From a virus (taxonomy: Duplodnaviria; Caudoviricetes): DNA of 25,364 nt. Both the position numbers and the translations under genes were made by a program. Below the pieces are notes generated by a model that worked only from the letters and a program-made list of their open reading frames with translations, did no database searches and had not been told where the DNA came from. The DNA lies in IMG/VR virus record IMGVR_UViG_3300035148_000219, positions 1 to 25,364 of that record; one strand, written 5' to 3'. Of the stretch, positions 7,872 to 16,034 are shown in pieces. The stretch's first letter is position 1; every line of letters begins with the position of its first letter.

Positions 7872-8236
7872 ACGAGCGTACGCTAGCTGACGATCTTGAA
7901 GATGCTGTTAATCGTTTTATTAACATGCATGCGGATGTCCATACTTCTGGTGTGCTGACGGACCTTGCGTACGAGGCTCTTCGTGAAGTATCCGAAGATA
8001 TTTTTAACCTCGCAGCTTCAGGTCCTGATACCGACTGTCCGACGTGTTCGCTGATTCGTGCGGTTGCTCGAAGTAGTTTTGTTTTGTCTGCTGTGACGAA
8101 GGACATTCTAGCCGGACGTGACCTTCCACATATGCAGTTAGCACATGAAGTGGCTGAGACCAACGCAGAATCTATCGTGGCTTTAGTGCGAGGTGTCAGT
8201 ACACACTACTCTGAGCAGGAGGAAACCTCTCAGTGA
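7868..8236 (+). CDS. Hypothetical protein, 122 aa
   Basis: GTGA overlaps at both ends (translational coupling); contains CPTC. Confidence 0.7.
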   Translation: MNERTLADDLEDAVNRFINMHADVHTSGVLTDLAYEALREVSEDIFNLAASGPDTDCPTCSLIRAVARSSFVLSAVTKDILAGRDLPHMQLAHEVAETNAESIVALVRGVSTHYSEQEETSQ

Positions 8237-8790
8237 CACTACTTTCGGACCGTGATCTGTTGCTTGCGCTGAATAGCGGTGAGATTCTGCTCGATCCGTA
8301 CATTCCCGAAAATGTTCAACCTTCGAGTATTGACGTGCGTCTAGGTCCTGATTTCAAATTTCTCGACCACGACGGTGACATTAATCCTTTTGAACCTGTT
8401 ACCTACTCAACGTACCATAACGTTGGTGCACTAAACTTGCGCCCAGGTCAGTTTGTTCTTGCACATACAGTTGAAAAACTTACATTGCCTTCTAACATTG
8501 CAGCGCGTTTAGAAGGTAAATCGACTTTGGGGCGTATGGGTCTTCTTACGCACGCAACGGCAGGTTTTATCGATCCTGGATTTTCTGGTCAGATTACGTT
8601 GGAGCTCTGTGTCCTCGCTCCCAATGCATTAAGGCTAGTTCCAGGTATGTTGATCGGACAGCTGTGTTTTTTTCGAATGTCGTCCACAGTGACGAATCCT
8701 TACGGATCTTCTGTTATCAGGTCACATTATCAAAACCAAACAGGTCCGACAGCACCTGCTGAATTGAACGAACAACTAACGTTATGGTAG
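8233..8790 (+). CDS. dcd: dCTP deaminase
   Basis: LLSDRD, QPSSIDVRL, EGKSTLGRMGL, TAGFIDPGFSGQITLE, IGQLCF, YQNQTGPT motifs; SD AGGAGG. Confidence 0.96.
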   Translation: MTLLSDRDLLLALNSGEILLDPYIPENVQPSSIDVRLGPDFKFLDHDGDINPFEPVTYSTYHNVGALNLRPGQFVLAHTVEKLTLPSNIAARLEGKSTLGRMGLLTHATAGFIDPGFSGQITLELCVLAPNALRLVPGMLIGQLCFFRMSSTVTNPYGSSVIRSHYQNQTGPTAPAELNEQLTLW

Positions 8791-8807
8791 AAAGGTAGTG
8801 TACTCAG

Positions 8808-8880
8808 GGGCCTCTAGCTCAACAGGCAGAGTAGCGGACTTTTAATCCGTGGGTTGTGGGTTCGAGTCCCACGGGGCCTA
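8808..8880 (+). tRNA. tRNA-Lys, anticodon UUU (no encoded CCA)
   Basis: Cloverleaf: acceptor GGGCCTC/GGGGCCT, D arm GCTC/GAGT, anticodon arm GCGGA-CTTTTAA-TCCGT, T arm GTGGG-TTCGAGT-CCCAC, discriminator A. Confidence 0.96.
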
Positions 8881-8913
8881 CTGTCCTACTCAACACAACT
8901 AACAGGAGTATCA

Positions 8914-9801
8914 GTGACTACAAAGTTTGGAAAGCCTCTGCACCAGCAGGAGTTCCATCTCAACGCTTTGCTTTACGGACCTCCCGGCACAGGGAAGACC
9001 GTAGCTTCTCTCGGCGCGGCACGTCTGGGACGTGTTCTGTTGATCGATGCAGAAGCTGGTGCAAAGGCTGTGGCCCTGGAGTCGCACGGCATCCCCACCG
9101 ACCAGATCGACGTCTGGCCGAGCAACCCTGCTGAACTGACGTTCGAAGCCCTTGAAGCGTTGGTTATCGACCTGACGACATCGTTGCTCAAGGATCCCAA
9201 TGCGTACACTGCTGTCATTGTGGACTCGATGACGGAACTCTCCAAGCGCTTCTTGGAGAAGCAGGTAGCTGCTCAGGTTTCCAAGTCCGAACGCATCGGC
9301 AAGCAGCGTGACCGTTGGCAGGTTGAGCTTCAGGACTACGGTGTCGCTGCCAGTCAGCTACGTCTCCTTCTCCGACGTCTTCGTGACCTCCCCGTACATC
9401 TAGTGGTCACTGCGCTCGAGCGTCGCGACATGGATGACGACGGTCTCGTGTCCTACGGCCCTGCTATGTCGCCGGCGGTCGCCATCGACACCATGGGACT
9501 TGTCGACGTGGTCGGTCACACTGCTGTCGAGCAGGTCGGAACAGGGACGTTCTATTTGGCTTCGTTCGTTCCTCTCGGACGTCGCAAGGCCAAGGACCGT
9601 CTGGGTGTGCTACCTCCGCGCATGGTCGACCCGTCGGTGGATCGTATCCTGAAGTACGTCGACGGTAAACTTGACCGTACACAGGACCCACGCCAGCAGG
9701 CTATCCGAGACGCCGCAGAGGGACGTACGCCCGTTAGCGCACCGAACGGGTCTGATGCGGATGCAGTTCTGGAAAGTATGTTGGCAGGAGGCATCTCGTA
9801 G
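8914..9801 (+). CDS. AAA_24 / Sak4-like recombination ATPase
   Basis: Walker A LLYGPPGTGKT, LLIDAEAG, Walker B VIVDSMT, QDYG, C-terminal AKDR. Start moved to GTG 8914 (SD AGGAG) since 8854 lies inside the tRNA. Confidence 0.88.
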   Translation: MTTKFGKPLHQQEFHLNALLYGPPGTGKTVASLGAARLGRVLLIDAEAGAKAVALESHGIPTDQIDVWPSNPAELTFEALEALVIDLTTSLLKDPNAYTAVIVDSMTELSKRFLEKQVAAQVSKSERIGKQRDRWQVELQDYGVAASQLRLLLRRLRDLPVHLVVTALERRDMDDDGLVSYGPAMSPAVAIDTMGLVDVVGHTAVEQVGTGTFYLASFVPLGRRKAKDRLGVLPPRMVDPSVDRILKYVDGKLDRTQDPRQQAIRDAAEGRTPVSAPNGSDADAVLESMLAGGIS

Positions 9802-9901
9802 TGTAAGGTGGGCAGTGGTGCGGTCGCCCGCTCCAGTCACGTACAGCACGTCACTCAGTTCAAGCCCGGAACACAGGGCAGAAAGTATAGAGGACCAAAG
9901 A

Positions 9902-10339
9902 ATGCCGAAGCTCAATGCCGTTCTTGCTGCTCAGGTCGAGCGGCAGGAGGTGCAGATCAATTACGAGCCGCTTCCGGCGGATACGTACACGGTTCGACTC
10001 ATGAACGTGGAGCCGCGAGAGTCCAAGAATGGCGATCCTGCGTGGTCGTGGACCTACGAGGTCGTCGAGGGTGAGCACACCGGTCGGCGTCTGTGGGACT
10101 ACACGTCGCTGTCGGAGAAGGCGCTGTGGCGTGTGAAGGCTATCTTTGATGCTTTTGGTGTCGCTCCTGGCACGGACACCGACGATCTCCTAGGTCGACA
10201 GGTTCGGCTCGTTGTGTCGCAGCGGATCATCCCGGCGGGGCGCCGCCAGGGCGAGATCGGCAACCAGATCGACCGCGTGCTGCCTGGACCCTCCCTGTCG
10301 GAGGTGTCGGCGGCCAAGGAGGCGGCTTCTATGTTCTGA
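9902..10339 (+). CDS. DUF669-type single-stranded DNA-binding protein
   Basis: YEPLPADTYTVRL...SKNG...YEVVEGEHTGRRLWD...DLLGR...NQI pattern, terminal Phe, location right after the Sak4-like gene; SD GAGGA before ATG 9902. Confidence 0.8.
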   Translation: MPKLNAVLAAQVERQEVQINYEPLPADTYTVRLMNVEPRESKNGDPAWSWTYEVVEGEHTGRRLWDYTSLSEKALWRVKAIFDAFGVAPGTDTDDLLGRQVRLVVSQRIIPAGRRQGEIGNQIDRVLPGPSLSEVSAAKEAASMF

Positions 10340-10362
10340 CGGGCCAGAATATATAAGCTGCC

Positions 10363-10407
10363 GACCAGCCCACTTCTGATGTTCGCACCATCGGAGGTGG
10401 GCTGGTC
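10363..10407 (+). terminator. 19-bp stem-loop downstream of SSB gene
   Basis: GACCAGCCCACTTCTGATG-ttcgcac-CATCGGAGGTGGGCTGGTC; two G-U pairs on the + strand; no U tract. Confidence 0.6.
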
Positions 10408-10509
10408 CATGTCCGGAGGCCACCGGGCAGACTGATGTCTTGTCAGCGCAGGTGTTCGGCGAGTAAGGTAGCGGACACCTTTGACACCTGTTCGGCCCTG
10501 GGAGCTCGT

Positions 10510-13161
10510 GTGCCACGTCTTGCTACGTCTGCACCAGATCCGTCAAGCCAGAACGATCTTCCGTTTGAGACGTTGGGTACGAACCCTGAGGACACCTGGG
10601 TCGATGCCCTGACGTTGCACGGGGAAGGTCCTGGCACGTCTGATAAGGGAGGCGAGTGGAGTACCCGGTGTCCGGCCCACACGGACAGCCATCCCAGCCT
10701 TCGCTGGCGAATCGCCCGTGACGGGCGGGTGCTGTTCCACTGCCACGCCGGCTGTGAATTCGAAGAAGTTCTTCACGCCCTCAAACTTGACCCGTGGGCA
10801 CTTCAACGTGTCAAGACGCTGTATACATACTGCGACAGAGTAGGCAATCCTGTTTTTCGCGTCGTCCGTACCATGACGACGAAAGGAAAGGTGTTCCGTC
10901 AGGAGCACTACAATCCCGTCGCTCAAGAGTGGGCTGTCGGTCGCGGAGACACGCCCGATCTTATCTGGCGTCTCGATCAAGCGATTGGATGGGCCCAGTC
11001 AGCGCCTCCTGGCGCCACTCTGTACTTGACAGAAGGTGAGAAGGACGCCATCACGCTGGCTAGTGATGTCGAGCCTTTACACTTCGTGACCACTGCACCG
11101 GGCGGTGCAGCGAAGTGGTCAGACGAACTGACACGGCAAGTTGTTGAAATTGTTAATGCTGGTACAGGTCTTCATGTCCAAATCGTAGCCGACGCTGATG
11201 TTGCAGGCTTAGGTCGTGCACGTACGCTTGTTCGTACGTTGAGTGGTTTTGACCTCAACGTTACAGCAACGACTGTCGATGCAACTGCTGGATTCAAGGA
11301 CATCAGCGAACTCATCGACCGTGTCGGTCGCGAGTGGCGCCGGCACATGGTCGATCTCACAGCAGATCCCATGGCACAACCTTGGGACGAGACCGGTGGA
11401 CTTTTTCTTGACACGCACCCGGGTGTGCCAGGAAACAGAGCCTTCCACCACACCATCGGGCGCGGTCGTCAGGCCGAAACTGTCATTCGCGCTGTGTGCG
11501 CAGTTATTCCTAAGTTTAACGTAGTTAATGAGCACAAAGACCGTATTGATGGTTGGGTATGTGACGTTTACGATCCGTATCACACGGAGCCTCGGACGCT
11601 AATGGTTCCTGCGGAATCGTTGTCCACCAAACCTCGGTACGATACTTTCCGCTCCGAGATCGGACTGCCGCCAGCGCCAAACGCCAACGGACTTGCGTTT
11701 CACGAGCAGCTTGACGCGTTCCTACGCTTTCACAGCCGGGGCCTTCAGTTTGCCAAGTCTCTCCCGCGTGCCGGCTGGAATCGCAGCGGCAACGACTGGG
11801 CCCTGGTAGACGGTGATACAGGCCGTGTGGTCCTCGGGGTCGGCTACACGGGCCACCAGGCGACAGGTCTTGTCTACGGCACTGACGCGTCTCCTGAGGA
11901 GACTGCGCGACGTGTCGCTGAAGCACTCAAGCTTCGCGACTACTCGGAGTCTGGTCCGTTGATGGCGTGGGTCAGCGCGTATCTTCTCCAGCCCGTGTTG
12001 TGGAGCCTAGGGTATCGAGACCGACCTGTCTTGGCAGTGACGGGACGTTCAGGTGTGGGGAAGTCCCGCAACCCGTACCTTGGTTTCGCAGGTCTTGTCA
12101 ACACGCACGAAACCACGCCTGCAGGTCTGACGCAGATGCTCCGAACGCGGTCGTTGATGGGCCTCGACGACCAGCGCATGAGTGACGTCATCGGGGACGC
12201 TATTCGACAGGCGACAGCCCAGGACACCATGGCTGCTCGTGGCACGCCTGAACAGAACGCTCTGGTGCGTAAGGCTGAAGGTTGGATCGTCTATTCAGGC
12301 GAGGATCAGCCGTGGATTGACGACCGAGCGCACTTGGAGCGCACCGTCCACTTAGTTCTCCATCACAATGTACAAGGACGTACGTGGGAGGATGGAACTT
12401 CACAATGGCCTATTGCCTCACAGTACATGGGGAAAGGCTTGGGAACCGGGTGCGCCGGCACGTTAGCACGTGAGTTGAACCAACACGCGGATACGCTGCG
12501 TAGTAATTTGCTGCACAATACAGGGCAGCGAGGTATTGCTGGATACCAGATGTGCTTGATCGGCGCTAAAGTTCTTGCGGATTGGTTGCGCAAGTACGGG
12601 TACGAAACAGAAGCGTCTTCTTTTTACGCAGGTGCGCAAGCGTGGGTTGATCGTGCAGAAAAGCGTGCGTCTGCGCGTTTTATTGGTGGTGTTGGGCAAA
12701 TGCTTACCGACACCGTAATTCCAGCCTTTTTGTCGTGGGCACCTAACTTTGCTATTTCGCCATGTGAGCTTGCTGTACGAAGGCTTGAGCAAAATCTTAT
12801 TCAGGATGCTGTACGTTTAGCTTACAGTAAAGGATACCGCAGCGCATGTGCTCTTGATAAACCTCCCGTTATTGTGATTCGATGTGAGGACGAGGTTCGG
12901 GTTCTGTGGAACAGCACCCTTCTCGCCCGGTGGATCGCGGACCAACAAGGTGGTCAACGATCACGCGCTATCCGTGAAGGACGTCCGGAACTTCTTACTG
13001 CGACATCTTTGGCGTCACAAACGGCCGCTGTCAAAGCGGATCCAATGTGGACCAACGTTTTGGTACGTGTCGACAAACAGCGTGTTCGATACACTATGGC
13101 CAGCGCAGGTATTTCAGAATGGCTGTTGCTGCGTGTTGCAGACACAGGCAGTATCGGCTGA
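10510..13161 (+). CDS. DNA primase-helicase fusion (Zn finger + TOPRIM + P-loop domain)
   Basis: CPAHTDSHPSL...FHCHAGC Zn finger, TOPRIM LTEGEKDA and ADADVAG, KDISE, Walker A GRSGVGKS, putative Walker B MGLDD. Start GTG 10510 (GGAG SD) preferred over 10435. Confidence 0.88.
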   Translation: MPRLATSAPDPSSQNDLPFETLGTNPEDTWVDALTLHGEGPGTSDKGGEWSTRCPAHTDSHPSLRWRIARDGRVLFHCHAGCEFEEVLHALKLDPWALQRVKTLYTYCDRVGNPVFRVVRTMTTKGKVFRQEHYNPVAQEWAVGRGDTPDLIWRLDQAIGWAQSAPPGATLYLTEGEKDAITLASDVEPLHFVTTAPGGAAKWSDELTRQVVEIVNAGTGLHVQIVADADVAGLGRARTLVRTLSGFDLNVTATTVDATAGFKDISELIDRVGREWRRHMVDLTADPMAQPWDETGGLFLDTHPGVPGNRAFHHTIGRGRQAETVIRAVCAVIPKFNVVNEHKDRIDGWVCDVYDPYHTEPRTLMVPAESLSTKPRYDTFRSEIGLPPAPNANGLAFHEQLDAFLRFHSRGLQFAKSLPRAGWNRSGNDWALVDGDTGRVVLGVGYTGHQATGLVYGTDASPEETARRVAEALKLRDYSESGPLMAWVSAYLLQPVLWSLGYRDRPVLAVTGRSGVGKSRNPYLGFAGLVNTHETTPAGLTQMLRTRSLMGLDDQRMSDVIGDAIRQATAQDTMAARGTPEQNALVRKAEGWIVYSGEDQPWIDDRAHLERTVHLVLHHNVQGRTWEDGTSQWPIASQYMGKGLGTGCAGTLARELNQHADTLRSNLLHNTGQRGIAGYQMCLIGAKVLADWLRKYGYETEASSFYAGAQAWVDRAEKRASARFIGGVGQMLTDTVIPAFLSWAPNFAISPCELAVRRLEQNLIQDAVRLAYSKGYRSACALDKPPVIVIRCEDEVRVLWNSTLLARWIADQQGGQRSRAIREGRPELLTATSLASQTAAVKADPMWTNVLVRVDKQRVRYTMASAGISEWLLLRVADTGSIG

Positions 13162-13175
13162 AAGGACATCGGTCC

Positions 13176-14003
13176 ATGGGCGACGTCGTGAAACTGAACA
13201 CGGCCAGCAAAAAACTATCGTACACTGACGCCAAACCTCCAGGTCCCCCACCTCCGCCGGACGAGAACGGAGCTCCGCCGTTCTGGTACTGGTTGTTGCT
13301 TCAACGTGCCAGCGACGATGCTGTTTGCGCAGAAGCTGCCATTACCATTTCTGAACGTTGGAGTGTCGGACCTGACTACGTACATAGTCGTATCCTGCGT
13401 ACGTTAAAGCGAGAGCGCTCAGAAATTTACGAAGGTGCTTGTCGTTTAGCAGACGACTACTGCACTTTTGCGGGAATTCCTCTAGAGACGCATCTGGCCG
13501 TACGGGGTACGGTCAGTCCTCTCCGACCGACTGCGCCTGAACAATGTGAGCACCATTTTTCCGACGGACGCCTCTGTACACGTGCAGCGGTTCCGTTTAC
13601 AGGCCGTTGCCCTCGGCACGGCGGTCAGTGGATCGATCCCGAGGACTACGCACTCATCACACGTACGGTCCGGGATCATGTTCTTGAACTGAGTCTTCGC
13701 GCGGTTGCCAAAGTCGAGGAGTTGATGGACACGGCACGCTCGGAGAAGGTTCGCCTGGAAGCTGCGCAGACGGTGCTCCGCATGACAGGACACGACCCTG
13801 CCAACGGCGGTGCGCAAGTTACGATTTCGGCACCTGTTGCTGTTCAGATCAACCAGATCAACCCTGTCGATGTCGTCATGGAGCGCCTGGAGGCCATCGC
13901 CTCACATGCAGCTGTCATCGCAAAGGAAGCACGAGACGCAGAACTTGCGGAGCAGGTCATCGAAGGTTCTGTAGTAGAGGAGGACGACGTCGACGATGAG
14001 TAG
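13176..14003 (+). CDS. Probable terminase small subunit-like protein with C-C-C-HGG Zn motif
   Basis: Directly upstream of and overlapping the large terminase; CEHHFSDGRLC...RCPRHGG motif and SEKVRLEAAQTVL helix; SD AAAGGA before ATG 13176. Confidence 0.6.
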   Translation: MGDVVKLNTASKKLSYTDAKPPGPPPPPDENGAPPFWYWLLLQRASDDAVCAEAAITISERWSVGPDYVHSRILRTLKRERSEIYEGACRLADDYCTFAGIPLETHLAVRGTVSPLRPTAPEQCEHHFSDGRLCTRAAVPFTGRCPRHGGQWIDPEDYALITRTVRDHVLELSLRAVAKVEELMDTARSEKVRLEAAQTVLRMTGHDPANGGAQVTISAPVAVQINQINPVDVVMERLEAIASHAAVIAKEARDAELAEQVIEGSVVEEDDVDDE

Positions 14004-15435
14004 CAGTATTGAGCAACGTCTTGCCTCCTTACACCCTGACGTGCGCAGGCAGGTACTTGACGGGCTGTCAGAAGACGACATTGCGCGACTGCTGTACACC
14101 TGGCGCTACAACGCGCGTGAGGAACAGTGGGCAGCGACCACCTGCGCATCCCACGTCGTTCTTTTTGGTGCAGGGCGCGGAGCTGGCAAAACGCTGACGG
14201 GTTCTCAGTGGATCCGACACAGGATCGACACCAACGAACTAGCACGCCCTTTGCGTTTCGGGCTTATTGCTCGTACAGCCGCTGACTGCCGCGACGTCAT
14301 GATCCAAGGCTCGTCAGGACTGTTGTCCGTTTTTCCTGAAGACCAGCAACCCCGGTACATTCCGAGCGCACGACGTGTTGACTTTTATGACGGCTCTGTC
14401 GCGTTGATGTTCTCTGCTGAAGAGCCTTCTCAGCTTCGTGGTCCGTCATTCGACTTCACGTGGGCCGATGAGTTAGCTGCGTGGGATCATCGACCGGACG
14501 ACTCCGGACTGACTGCGTGGGACAACGCCAAAATTGCCACACGTGATGGGCCGAACCCTCAGATTTTCGTGTCGACAACTCCAAAACGCTCAGGTCCACT
14601 TCCCGAACTATACGCACAAGCGAATACTGGACAGGGTGTCGATCTGTACACAGCAAGTACGTATGACAACACGCATTTGTCACCGACGTACCTACAGACC
14701 ATGCGTGATCTGTACGAAGGCACACGTCTTGGTGCACAGGAGTTGTACGCACAACTCCTTCATGACGTAGCAGGTGCCTTGTGGAAACAAGACATGATTG
14801 ACGAATTACGTGTAGCCCGACAAGACATCGGTGAACTCCCTCTCCGCGTTGTCGCTGTCGACCCGTCAATTGCTGAAAATCCACGTGATGAATGTGGTAT
14901 TGTCGTTGTCGGCGCCACGGGCCACAAGAACCCTGTACGCCGGCACGGGTACGTTTTAGCCGACAGGACGGTTCTTGGCAGTCCACGTACCTGGGCTAAA
15001 GCAGTAGTTGCAGCCGCACGTGAGTTCGAGGCTCCGATTATCGCTGAAGCAAACCAGGGCGGTGCGCTGGTCCTGGAGGTGATTCGTTCAGTGGATCCAA
15101 ACATTCGCGTACGTACAGTCCACGCCAAACGTGGAAAAGCGCTTCGCGCAGAACCTGTCCAGATGGCCTATGAGCAAGGGCGCGTGTCGCACGTCGGCAA
15201 TCATGCACTTCTAGAAGCGCAAATGACAGCGTGGGTCCCAGGTGAGACCGCGAAGTCGCCAGACCGTGTTGACGCTTTGGTGTACGGCGTCGCTGCGCTT
15301 CTTGTGCCGTCGTCGTCCACTGTCGGGATCGGCCAGATTTCAGTCAAGCGTGCTCAAGGACGACTTCCAAGTCGACGAGCAGTCGTGGATTCTGTTCGTC
15401 GACTTCCTGTGCACCGTCCAACTCCATGGATGTAG
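13996..15435 (+). CDS. terL: Terminase large subunit
   Basis: Walker A GAGRGAGKT, LRGPSFD, Walker B WADELAAW, STTP coupling motif, nuclease VVAVDPS, EANQGG, SPDRVDALVYG. Confidence 0.96.
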   Translation: MSSSIEQRLASLHPDVRRQVLDGLSEDDIARLLYTWRYNAREEQWAATTCASHVVLFGAGRGAGKTLTGSQWIRHRIDTNELARPLRFGLIARTAADCRDVMIQGSSGLLSVFPEDQQPRYIPSARRVDFYDGSVALMFSAEEPSQLRGPSFDFTWADELAAWDHRPDDSGLTAWDNAKIATRDGPNPQIFVSTTPKRSGPLPELYAQANTGQGVDLYTASTYDNTHLSPTYLQTMRDLYEGTRLGAQELYAQLLHDVAGALWKQDMIDELRVARQDIGELPLRVVAVDPSIAENPRDECGIVVVGATGHKNPVRRHGYVLADRTVLGSPRTWAKAVVAAAREFEAPIIAEANQGGALVLEVIRSVDPNIRVRTVHAKRGKALRAEPVQMAYEQGRVSHVGNHALLEAQMTAWVPGETAKSPDRVDALVYGVAALLVPSSSTVGIGQISVKRAQGRLPSRRAVVDSVRRLPVHRPTPWM

Positions 15436-15779
15436 AGGTTTTTATGGACCAGTTACGTGTTGAATTCGACTTGTTTCCTGCTACAGTGACGACTGTAAAC
15501 GGGCGGATTCCTGACGTACGAGCCTCTGTAGTCGACAAAGTTCTCTATGTGTGGTCCCGCACGTCAAGCCGGCCTATTGTTGGTCCAGGTCCTTACACTA
15601 TTATTCAGTCACCCGTGTCAACGTGGCGGGGTTCGACGTCAAAAGGACTGACCTTGACCACCGAAGATGGAGAAATCTCCATCTCTTTACAAGGAGGTTG
15701 TGGGTGTGGAAATCCGTTGAGGTCGTGGAATCCCTGGCCGGGCAAGCGAAAAATAGTCGTGGGGCTGGGCAACTCCTGA
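15426..15779 (+). CDS. Hypothetical protein with C-terminal GCGCG motif
   Basis: Overlaps terL stop and the next start; GGCGCGNPLRSW motif. Confidence 0.7.
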   Translation: MDVEVFMDQLRVEFDLFPATVTTVNGRIPDVRASVVDKVLYVWSRTSSRPIVGPGPYTIIQSPVSTWRGSTSKGLTLTTEDGEISISLQGGCGCGNPLRSWNPWPGKRKIVVGLGNS

Positions 15780-16030
15780 TGCTTGTCGTCAGCGTTGCTG
15801 CTACTCGACGTATGACACGTATTGTCACTAAAGATGAAATTGCAGCACCTATCCGAGACTGGGCTTTTAACAACAATCATAAAAAACTTACATATCTTGT
15901 CAACTGCCCACACTGTGTATCGGTGTGGGCTGGCTTTTTGGTGACGTCTCCTCTAGTCCCAGCTTCTGTGAAATGGGGCTTGGCTTTGTCGGAACTCACT
16001 ATTATGACTACACGTCAAGGGGAGTTGTGA
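15779..16030 (+). CDS. DUF1360-like small hydrophobic protein
   Basis: RMTRIVTKDEIAAPIR...LVNCPHCVSVW pattern; TGATG overlap with the upstream gene. Confidence 0.72.
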   Translation: MLVVSVAATRRMTRIVTKDEIAAPIRDWAFNNNHKKLTYLVNCPHCVSVWAGFLVTSPLVPASVKWGLALSELTIMTTRQGEL

Positions 16031-16034
16031 TCGA

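Noticed and set aside
8854-8913. N-terminal extension of the AAA ATPase in the ORF track
   Set aside because: Overlaps the tRNA; GTG 8914 has a good SD.
10376-10440. CTGATG motifs suggesting a hammerhead ribozyme
   Set aside because: Core needs CUGAnGA and GAAA; both copies read CTGATGT and no suitably placed GAAA is present.
10481-10510. TTGACA upstream of the primase start as a promoter
   Set aside because: No TAnnnT element at 16-19 nt spacing.
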